Source: Ministeria vibrans ATCC 50519
Lineage: Eukaryota > Protista > Filasterea
Direction of reading: 5' to 3'
DNA: 37,865 nucleotides
Assembly: GCA_943704425.1 (NCBI GenBank)
Contig: CALSCP010000317.1
Location: forward strand, 1 to 37,865
The stretch's first letter is position 1, and every line of letters starts with the position of its first letter. Below are positions 1 through 13,300 of the stretch, piece by piece. The notes beneath the pieces are model-generated. The model was not told the origin of the DNA. It worked only from the letters and a program-made list of their open reading frames with translations, and ran no database searches. The position numbers and the translations under genes were made by a program.

Positions 1-841
1 CCCCCCCACCCCCATCGGGACCTGACCCCACGCAAGCACCGATCTCTTGCTTTGGCCATGGTTTTGAGCCCCATTGCCTACGGATTCAGTCCCACCCACC
101 TTCGTGCGCTCGACTACGCCAAACTCGAACAAACAGCGCCTGGACCTCAGAAGGAGTCACTTGCATGCTGCACTGCGCGTTGGCATTGACGCAGTCACCC
201 GAGCGCACACCCTCATGCATGGCCGGCTTCCTTCAGCGCATCTCGTCGTCCGCAGCCCGCGCCGACCCTCCTGTAGCAACGATGATCCTTGTGACACTGC
301 GATCTCAGAATGTCAGTCGCCACGCGCGCCACCATCAACATTGCGACCTACCGCTCCACCCGAATCGTGTTGCATTTGCACACCTTTATGCCACTCCCTG
401 ACCTGGACAAAGGCACCCCAGATGTTGCTGCATCTACTCAGCGCCACGTTCGTCACATCCTTTGCCATGCCCGCCCTGGGACACCGTGGGTGTCTCTTGG
501 CAGGGAGTTCGCACTTGACAGGGAGAGAACTGCTCGAGTACGGACCCCCAAGGTTGTTGTTGGACCTGACCGGCTGCGGCGCGCCCCCGTCATCCCGTGA
601 CGCACAGAAGGAACTAGTTGGCTGCAGGGTTAGGTTGGTTAGTGTACTTGTTGTCGTGAGTGTGATTAAGATGACGTGGTATAGGTAGGGAAAGTCTGAG
701 CATAGCAGGTTCCCCGTGAATCAGCTTCAGATTGCTTTTCATCTTCCCCAGGGAATGAAATCAATGGGTCGGCTTGCTGTCGGTGCATTACCGAGAGGGT
801 GCTATGAAGCAGAAAGGTTACTGGGCTCTCCAGTTAATAAA

Positions 842-1107
842 TTAATAATTATTTCGTTGCTTTTGTTGTTGTTGTTGTAATGTTGTTTGTTTGTATTCTT
901 GTTGTGGTTGTTGTGGCTGCGGGACGGCCTCGCACGCGCAACACCGAAACACGTTGGCCGTTGGGGAAGCCAGGAATACTAATAGTGGCAAGGCTGGTGA
1001 AGAGACAAGCCCCACCGCCGTTGAGTGAGTGACCAAACACGAAACTCACACTCACTTACCCACTGGGAGGGAAGGAGGCACTTACGTATAGCGATGATGG
1101 TGTGCAT
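842..1107 (-). CDS. Speculative 57-aa spliced small protein with signal-peptide-like N-terminus (exons 1107-1086, 993-842)
   Basis: ATG at 1107, GTAAGT donor at 1085 and CAG acceptor at 994 are phase-compatible. Product: MHTIIAIPLPLLVFLASPTANVFRCCACEAVPQPQQPQQEYKQTTLQQQQQKQRNNY. No homology recognised. Confidence 0.25.
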
Positions 1108-1278
1108 CCAGATCTGACTGATCCAAGAGTGCTACTGTCTTTCAATGGTTGGCCGGCAGTTTATTGCTGCACGCCTTGAGGCGCTGCTAGGGGAAGAGGT
1201 TTGGGGTTGTGTGATTAAGTGTGAATGGATTATGATGTCAAATCAATACCTATTATTGTTTTATTTTCTTTTTCTTCT

Positions 1279-4664
<3,386 letters not shown>

Positions 4665-4755
4665 AGAGAAAGCACATATGAAAAAAAACTTATGCGTTAT
4701 GACTACAGTATATTGAGAAAGAGAGAAAGAGAGAGAGAGAGGGAGGGAGGGAGAT

Positions 4756-5943
4756 TCAGAAGAGCACTGAGGCAAGGTCGCTGCCCGGGGGCACGCCGGC
4801 CTGCTGCATGGCGACAGCCACGCGCACCACCCGCCGCTTCTCTGCCTTGCGTGTGAATGGGAGGCCATCCGAGTCGAGCAACGTGCCTCCGAGACGCCCT
4901 TGCACGGCCTCACTGAGCTCACTGAGTCGCTCAAGAACGCGCCCTGGTGCATGGAAACCCGCTGTGTACAACTGAAACTCAATGGTACGCACACAGGGCG
5001 TGTCGCTGTCAGCCCACAAGGGATGTGTCCACGGCGGACTCGTCACAACCGTAATGCACGGCTCCAACGACCCATCGGGGTACTTGGCCATGTGGGCGTA
5101 GGAGTAGGGCATCTCGCTGGTCGTCGTCGCCGCCGCCGCCTTCTTCTTCTTCCCTTCCTCCTCCTCCTCCTCCTCCTCTTCCTCCTCGTCGTCGTCGAGT
5201 TGTGGCTCCAGTCCAAGCTCGTCAAACACAGCAAACACCGAAGAGACTGAGTAGGGTGCCTCACCGGCACTCGTCAGGGACACACACACGGTCTCGTCAA
5301 AGTGCTGCATCACTTCGTTGGCCGCCTCAGCACGCTGCACGGCATCCGGAATGAGTCCGTGCGACACGGAGCAGTTTTGGAATCCCTTGCGCACCGCGAC
5401 CACGATCTGTTCAAGCTCGTCCACCGACAGAATATCGCCGTACACGTCGTAGGGCGACACGGGTCGATTGGAGTCGCGCACAAGAGCGACGTAGATCTGC
5501 GCGCGATCCAAAACGGGGTCCTCGTCAATATCCTCGCCCACATCGTCCCAGTCCTCTTCGCTTGCGTCCCCTTCGTCGCAGTCGTCTCCGTTGGCGTCGT
5601 TGGCGCGGTCGTGGCTGTGGTCCTTGCCCTCGCAGTCGGTGGCTTCCGCGTCGCGTGCGTTGGCCGCTCTGCTCTCGTTGTACGCGTGAAAGACTTGCCA
5701 CTCGTCGTCGTCGTCGCCATCAATGTGCCCCAACACAAGGTAGGTCGTGCCACGAAGAACAGCCAGTGCGGCGGCCAGGACTTCGCTCATGGGTCGATTG
5801 AGGCCGATCACATCAATGGCGAACTCCACGGCGCTCTGTCCCGGCGGATTGGGCGGCGGAAACGACACCTCCAGCGGCTTGATCGCCGTTTTCTTGCTTC
5901 GTTTCGCAGCAGGCTCAACAAGGCGGGGCACTAACTCATCCAT
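4756..5943 (-). CDS. Intronless 395-aa protein resembling bacterial ZipA C-terminal FtsZ-binding-domain proteins
   Basis: Single clean ATG-to-TGA ORF filling the space between SGK3 and TFB1M. The C-terminus (RVLERLSELSEAVQGRLGGTLLDSDGLPFT...AMQQAGVPPGSDLASVLF) fits the ZipA_C pattern as I recall it: LGG.L.D....P.T, and the betaproteobacterial-type tail M...G..PG...A..LF. Confidence 0.75.
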   Translation of the reverse strand: MDELVPRLVEPAAKRSKKTAIKPLEVSFPPPNPPGQSAVEFAIDVIGLNRPMSEVLAAALAVLRGTTYLVLGHIDGDDDDEWQVFHAYNESRAANARDAEATDCEGKDHSHDRANDANGDDCDEGDASEEDWDDVGEDIDEDPVLDRAQIYVALVRDSNRPVSPYDVYGDILSVDELEQIVVAVRKGFQNCSVSHGLIPDAVQRAEAANEVMQHFDETVCVSLTSAGEAPYSVSSVFAVFDELGLEPQLDDDEEEEEEEEEEEGKKKKAAAATTTSEMPYSYAHMAKYPDGSLEPCITVVTSPPWTHPLWADSDTPCVRTIEFQLYTAGFHAPGRVLERLSELSEAVQGRLGGTLLDSDGLPFTRKAEKRRVVRVAVAMQQAGVPPGSDLASVLF

Positions 5944-6034
5944 TGATAAAAAGAGTATAATTTTATTAATTTATGACTTATGTTGCAATCGCCAATGACC
6001 AATCAGTTTTTCTTTAAATTCCTACGACACTTCG
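5944..6034. promoter_or_regulatory. 91-bp AT-rich divergent promoter with tandem CCAAT boxes (5992-5996, 5999-6003)
   Basis: Lies between head-to-head ATGs; GACCAATCAG matches the NF-Y consensus RRCCAATSR. Confidence 0.5.
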
Positions 6035-6884
6035 ATGTATCGCTGGTTTCCGAACCTAGCAAAAGCATCACAGGCGAGTGGCACGCGGGCGTGTTGGCGC
6101 GGCTTCAAGCGCGGCCTACCGCCCATGCCAAGCACAAGCGATCTTCTGCGCGTGTACGGACTCAAAGCGAAGCAGCAGCTCAGCCAGAACTTCATCTTGG
6201 ACCTACGTGTCACCGACCGTCTTGTCGCTGCCCTCGGCGACGTGTCGGACTGTGCCGTCATCGAAGTCGGACCCGGTAAGCCTGCAAGAAGGCTCCCCAA
6301 GCACTCGATGAACTTGACGCGTCTCGGCAGGCCCAGGCTCGCTCACCCGCTCCATCATCGCCGCAAACCCTCGGGAAATCGCCGTGGTGGAGAAGGACAC
6401 TCGATTCCTGCCCGCTTTAGAAGTATTCGCCGCGCGCGTGCCGTCCGATGCGCTGCTGACCGCTTCTTCTCGTAGCTGCTCAAGGATGCGTGTGCGTGTC
6501 CGCTCAAAATCGTCGCAGGAGACGTCCTCAACGTCGATCTTGCCGACTTGGTCAATGCAGACGATGCAGTGCCCTGGGACTCAGGTGAGAGACGTCGAAC
6601 GGGACACAAAGCACCCTCACTTTGTGGTTGTTAACTCATCTCTCTCTCCCTCCGAAGACGAGCCTGCCCGAGCCGCAATCATTGGCAATCTACCCTACTC
6701 CATTTCAACACCTCTTCTCATCAAACTTGTCCGCGATGTTGCATCTCAGTACGACACATCTTCTTGAGAGTGTCAATCAACCATGAAATACGCTGTTTAG
6801 AACGGGTGCGTTTCGGTTGGGACGTGTGAAAATGCTGTTGACCTTTCAACATGAAGTCGCAGAGGTACAAAAGGAGAGAGAGAG

Positions 6885-6976
<92 letters not shown>

Positions 6977-8005
6977 AGTGATAGAGAGAGAGATGGGAGA
7001 AACAAAGTGATAGAGAGGGAGAGGAGAAAGAAACAAAGTGGTAGAGAGAGATAGGGAGAAAGAAACAACGTGATAGAGAGAAAGGAGGGAGAAAGAACAT
7101 AGTGATAGAGAGAGGAGGAGGAAAAAGAAACATAGTGATAGAGAGAAAGGAGGGAGAAAGAAACAAAGTGATAGAGAGGAAGAAGAGGAAGGAGGAGCAA
7201 AATGATAGCGAAAGAGAGAGAAGCAAGTAATTGGGAGAGAAGCAAGTAATTGGGAGAGAAGCAAGTAATTGGGAGAGAAGCAAGTAATTGGGAGAGAAGC
7301 AAGTAATTGCAAGTAGAGAGAAACACAGTGATAGAAAGAAAGTGATAGAGAGCGAGAGACACATTGGTTACCCTCGACACACAATGCACCTTACTCCTTT
7401 GTTCTAGCGCATTCGCGCACCCATAAACTGCGCTGACCGCGGACGACTGAGTCCAATAGTTCAGAACTACTTTCATGTGCGTAAGGCCGCCCGACTGCCT
7501 CCACAGGTGTTTGTGCCTCCTCCCAAAGTGCTCTCTCAAGTAAACACATGCACCGCGAGTGAGTGTGTATGTGACAGACGCACCCTCTCTTTTTCAGGCA
7601 GTGCTGTTTGAGCCTCGCTTAGTGCCTCTCTATGGCGGACGTGACACTACCAAACTAGATATGTTTGAAAAGGTTTTGCGCGCAGGTTTTCGTTCGCGTC
7701 GCAAGTACATTGTCAATAACCTCGCGTAAGTCACACACAAACAAAAAAAAAAAAAAGAAAAGAAAAAGAGAACAGACATGCTAAAGAGAATTCTAATGCT
7801 TACTCACTCACTCACCGACGCTGTCTCCAGTGGCTTATGGGGCACCGGGCGCGAGAACGCGGGTCGCATGGACTTGGCGCGTGCGGTGTGTGCTGAGGCG
7901 GATGTGTTGTTGACTTCGCGTGCAGAAACCCTCTCGGTTGTGCAGTGGGGGCGACTGACCGATGCCTATCTTGAACAGCACTCGTGCAGCACCCATCCTT
8001 CTTAG
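6035..8005 (+). CDS. TFB1M: Mitochondrial rRNA dimethyladenosine transferase / transcription factor B1 (KsgA/Dim1 family), ~343 aa, 8 exons (6035-6275, 6331-6422, 6476-6584, 6658-6748, 6801-6864, 7408-7539, 7598-7725, 7831-8005)
   Basis: LPPMPS..DLLRVYGLKAKQQLSQNFILD, VIEVGPGPGSLTRSI, VVEKDTRFLPALE, IIGNLPYSISTPL, LTFQHEVAER, FVPPPKV. Basic presequence-like N-terminus. Confidence 0.93.
6873..7360 (+). repeat. Compound repeat in TFB1M intron 5: (GAAA)n, (GA)n, GAAACAAAGTGATAGAGAG minisatellite copies, and a 19-bp tandem GGGAGAGAAGCAAGTAATT x5 (about 7216-7309)
   Basis: Directly visible periodicity. Confidence 0.9.
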
Positions 8006-8115
8006 GACACACACATTCCCCTTCTCTTCTGTGAGGCGATGAACTCTGTGTAAAGTGTAATCATTGTTGTTGTACTTTGTCTCTGTCTCTCTCTGTCTCT
8101 CGTGGTATTATACAG

Positions 8116-10303
8116 TTACTTCTTGCGGTTGAGCGCCGGTGAGGACGCGCTGCTGTGCGTGGCACTGGCTGTAGCGGTGCCGGGGTTACTGTTGCTGGCG
8201 CTGTTGGCGGCTGCCGTCTTGATGATGTCTGCAAGCGACACAGACGGATTGTCGCGGTAAAGCACACGGCCCATCGATGCATCGCCATCGCCATCAACCT
8301 TGCTCGCACCTTCAACGCCCCCTTCGCCATCCTTGACATCCCCATCACCACTACCCGTCGCAGCAGCAGCAGCAGCCACAGCAGCTGCAGCAGTAGCTCC
8401 ACCCGCCCCACCACTCATACCCACTGCACCCGCTGGCGCTCCGCCTCCGCCTCCTACTCCTTCCCCTCCTCCTCCATCGGTGATCCCGCGCGGAAGAACT
8501 TTGCTTACCAGTGTCCCGCCCCGTTTCAACGACGCCTTCACCTGCGTTGTCATTTTCTTTCCAAACAGCAGCGTTGCCTTTAGTCGATCACTCGGCGCGC
8601 GTGGCCTACAAATAATAATTATTAGTTCTCTCCTCTTTGCTTGTTTCTCCCTCCTTTCTATCACATTGTGATGATTCTTTCTCCTCTAACACATTGTGTT
8701 TGTTTCTCCCCCTTTCTCTCTATCACAATGTGATTCTTTCTCCTCTATCACTTCGTTTGTTTGTTTCTCCATTCCCCTCCTCTCTTACTCTTCGTTTGTC
8801 CCATCCAAATCATCGCCACGGCGAATGCGAAGCTTCTCCTTGATCGCCTGCGCCACAATGGCCGTCTGGCTGTCCGCCTTGATCTGCATAAGCAGGTCCA
8901 GCCACGTCAGTGTGCGGTTGTGATACTCGAGCATCCCCAGCTTGACAACAAAGTTGTGGTAGTCCTCAATGTTGTAGTCCTTCTCGCCCTTGTAGCTCAC
9001 ACAGATCTGCAGTGCCGGAATCTTCACATAAATGAACGCCAGATTCTTGCTGGCGCGTGCCTTCATCAAGCTCACATGATCGCTTCCCTCCGCCACCCGC
9101 TTCTTCTTCTTAGCAGCCGCCGCACTCTCCGCTGTCGTCATCTCCGACTTGCCCCTTCGTCCATCCTCGTCGCCGGGGTCGCTTCCCGTCGAGCTCGTTT
9201 GGTCGCGCAGTCGCTGAAGTGCTCGCGTATCCAGTGACAACATGGACGTCTCAAGCGGCGGCGAAGTGAACGTGTCACCGTCGCGCAGCCCCTGCAGCGA
9301 TAACTCACCAATGGAGGCGCGTCGCAATCGAAATCTACCGCCGCCTCCACCGTCGCTGCTCCCACCGTCGTGTCCCTGTCGTGACGACATCATTGGACTT
9401 GCGGTCCCACGCAAGTTAGGTACATGGCGGTAGTTGGCACTGCCCGCCGCACTACCATTGCCACTGCCACTGCCTGACGAGCCGCCAGTAAAGGCATGAC
9501 GCGAACGACGACTGCTCGGCAGGTCGTAGAGCGTTATTGCCTTGGACGACGCCATTGCGCTGTTGCTGCTGTTGGACGCGGCTGCGGCTGCAGCTGCGGC
9601 TGCCGCGGCCGTTGCTGCTGCGGCTGCCGCGGCCGATGCAGCCGCTGCAGCATTGGCCTTCTTCGACTCGGGCTCCTTGGGAAAGAAGTACTCGAGGAAC
9701 ACTTCGTAGAGGCGCGCTGTGAACTGGATCTTGACCGGAACCAAGTTCACCTCAAAGTGACTCACCACCGGAATGCCACCAACAGGCGCCTTGTAACGCG
9801 TGAAGATGCGCAGCATGAGATTGCGGTCAAAGGCAATGTGCTTGCCGGTCGGATTGAATACGCCCAGCGTGTCCGTGTACTTGCTGTCTGGCAGTAGATT
9901 TACCACTTTCATGTCGCTCACCTCAAGACGCGTCTCGGACGAATCGTCGTGGTTTGCCGCCGTTGAAAAGTCCACACCAACCAAGTTTGCCCGTGCAATG
10001 TCCGCCTTGTGACCGTCGCGCAGCATCCAGTCAACTCGGTCGAGGCCAATCTCAACCACATTAAGTGGGCGTGCCAGGCGCGGCGCATTGATCAGTCGCT
10101 GTCGACGCAACTTCTCCTTGAACACCTTCACGACAAAGTGCAAGTCTCGACGTGCTACTGCAAGCGCACTCTTTGCGCGCTCCAGCTCTAACGACGGACG
10201 TGGATAGTACTGTGCCGCTTGTTCATTCCCCAGCAACATCTGCGAGTACGACACCTTGCTTCGACCACCCGCACCGCCAGAGACACCGCCACTGCTAGCA
10301 GCG

Positions 10304-10346
<43 letters not shown>

Positions 10347-13300
10347 TAGTAGTAGCCGCGGTGTCAACGGTGCCGCGAGCACGCGCACCACTGATGCCCA
10401 CGCCCACACCGACACCCGCACGACGACCAACTCCACCGCTACTGCGACCACCACGACGCTCAGACACCTGAACGCCACTCGTGTCCTGTGTCGATGACCC
10501 ATCGCGGAATCTGCCGCCTCCTACCCCCCCTCCACCACCACTCCCATCACTTCCCCTTCCTCCTCCTCTTCCTCCGCCATCAACCATCAACTTGTCGCCA
10601 CCCATCGCGTCGTGGCGCTGCCGTCGTCCGAACCACGACATGACATTGCTCGGGTGCGCTGGCACAGCCGTGTGTACCATCTCCTCCACACCCCCATCGT
10701 CACCAGCGCCATCACTACTGCCATAGCCAAACAGACTGTCGTCGTCGTAATCGTCACCACCGCGACCGTCCTCGTCGTTGCGTCGTCGCTGCGCATACTG
10801 CGTCGACGACGACGACACACCCAAGCCACTGGCGACACTCTCAGCTTCGCGGTAGCGACATTCTTCGCCCATCACATACTCAATCTGACGAATGCGCTTC
10901 ACCAGCAAACGCACACGATTCTGCAGCTGTGTGATGGGCTCACGATCGTCCTCAATATTGGTCAGCTCCAGTGTGTACCGAATGGTGTCCAGACGATCCG
11001 ACGACTCCTTTGCCCCGGGTTCCGAATACAAAAGCACATTCGACACAATGTCCATCGCAATCTGGTACTCGTCCGCATTGGCTGCAATGCTGCACTGTGG
11101 GAAGTTGATGGCAAACGTGTCAATCATCTTCTGAACCGTGTCGCCTGCAAGTCCATCTTCCTCCACGGCAAACGAGCCGCTGTCCATCTGGCCCGACTGA
11201 GCTCGCTGTCGGTCCTGACGAGCCTGCGCTTCGCTCGCCTGTGCCTCGGTAACGTCTTCGTCGTCAAAAAACACATACGAGAACTCACACGACGTGTCCG
11301 CCATGACCATGGAAAGCGCCTCGTTTAGATTGCCACCACCGCCCGCCTTGGCCCCACCGCCGCCACTTCCACCACCAGGACCACTGCCGAGACTGTTGCT
11401 ATTGAGAGTTGTTGAAGAAGCATTGGCCGCGGTCGGTTTGCGCTTGGTTTTGCCCTTCTTTGACGTGGCTGGCGCAAGTGGGACATTCGATGTGGAGGCA
11501 CCAGTACCACCGACCATGGTCGCGACAGAGGTCGACGACGCGGTCGCTGTCGCAGTTGTTGTTGCAGTACCGCCGCTCGAGGTGGCGTTGGTGCGCTGAC
11601 GCTCAGCAAATGGGAGCCAGAGGTTGTCGTCGACTTCGGCACTGATAAAAATGCGCATGTGCAGAAAACTGCCGAGCCACGACTTCTTCACGACGGGATC
11701 TGTCAGGCGCATGTAAGGCGAGTGCGTGTGCATTTTGAAGCACATACGCTCAATCTGCATGATAGCCACGCCGGGTGTCTCCTCGCCAAGTATCTTAATC
11801 TGACCATCAATCACCTCAATCATGACGCGATTCTCAACCACATCGTCGCCGCTGCTCGTCATCAGGTTGCGTGCCGTCTTCTTCTCTTGTGGCGGCGCCG
11901 TCTCGTCATCCGTGTGCACCAGAAATTTGCTCTGTGCCTCGTTCACGAGTCGTCGCAGCATGTCCGTCGGGTCCATGTACACACCTGTCTCGGCGACTCC
12001 ACCGCCCGCACTGCTGCGCAGCACTGTTCCACTAAGCGCATCCGCTGCCAGGTCGTTGGTCATCCACTCCGCCTCCTTGTAGCGTTGAATCAGCCAAAAA
12101 ATAGTCTTGCGATTCTCGAGGGTCCACGTGAGATGCAGCCCCTTGATGGAGACCTGGTGCGAGTAAGGACGCGAGGCACGGTCTTCAACGGTACTCAAGA
12201 AACTCGCAGTGCTGTCGGAGCGTTGACTGTAGCCGCGCGTCACCGAAATGGGCGGTGGCGGTGGCGGAGGCGGAGGGGGTGGAAGAGATTGCAGCAGCGA
12301 CGAGCCACTACCGGCACTACCGCCACTCGAGCCAAGCGCACCCAATGGTGTTGTGGGTTCAAAGGAATTGTCGGAGCCTGGCACACCCGTCGTTAGGTGG
12401 CGCACCTGCACACTACTGGGTGTAGCGCGCAAGATGCGTGGCGACAGCGGCGTGAAGCTCGACGTGGCACTCTCGCTGTCGTGTCCCATGATGTTTTCAA
12501 CGCCCGAGAACACACCGGACCCAGACGATTCAAACAGCAGTGGGTTGGACGACACAGCCGTGATAGACGACGAGCTGAGACCGTTCACATTGGCCAAATT
12601 GGGTGTCGTGAAGCTTTGCCGATGAGGCAGAACGGGCGTTGTGACGGGACTGACGCCACTCGTGCTGCCAAACGACGCCGCTCGTCGATGCATTCGGTAG
12701 GTCGACGACGATGGTGACGTTGTGCCGTCCGACGCACTGCCGCTACGCCCCCCAACAGCAGCACCACCGCCAGCACCAGAGTGCGCGCGTGGATCTGCGG
12801 CATTCAGCATGTACGTGATGAGCGAGCAGTACACGAGGTCACTGGGGGTCTGTGTGTTGCCATGGTGTAAGACCCCTGAAAGATTGACCGACTCGACGCA
12901 ACAACGCTCAAGATCCCATTCAGCGGACGCGCGCGAAATGAGCTCGGGTCGTTGCTGGAGGTAGGTGATGTCGTAGTCGAGAATAACAATGGTGCGGCCA
13001 GCATGCGCAACGGCGCCCGTGCGGTTGGTGGGCGTGTGCCAGTAGCGCAATTCAAGCTGTGGGAAGAAAAAGTAGAAGCTGCTGCGACTAAAGTGACGTC
13101 CGAGAGTGAGCTTGGTAGGTGACTTGAAACCTTGCCAGAGTGTCCCCCGACGAATGGGTAGCGTGTAGTCAATAAAGGACGCACCCCACCACCGCGAGAG
13201 CCAGGGAAGCACACGGGAATGCAATGTCATAAAGGGCACGTTGCGCTCGACAAGCGTCTCCTCCGTCTCGTGCACCGTAAAGGCTAGCTCGTACGCCAAT

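Noticed and set aside
74-688. 204-aa and overlapping ORFs, including a TINIATY string resembling an APE endonuclease start
   Set aside because: No further APE or RT motifs, non-ATG start and no recognisable domain. It may be a degenerate TE or a gene continuing outside the window, but this is unsupported.
688-700. GGGAAAGTCTGAG resembling RNase P RNA CR-I
   Set aside because: No CR-V (TCAGACT-type P4 partner) at a plausible downstream distance, so it is not called as RNase P.
737-760. IRE-like C-N5-CAGGGA hairpin
   Set aside because: The loop is not CAGWGH and the upper stem has two mismatches.
6975-7350. AGTGATAGAG resembles a tetO half-site, and the array is superficially CRISPR-like
   Set aside because: No palindromic operator, repeats are degenerate, spacers are non-unique GA sequence, there are no cas genes, and the context is a eukaryotic intron.
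6721-7539. Long Leu/Ser/Phe-rich minus-strand ORFs (also at 1955-2550 and 19345-19798)
   Set aside because: Translations of intronic microsatellites and minisatellites.
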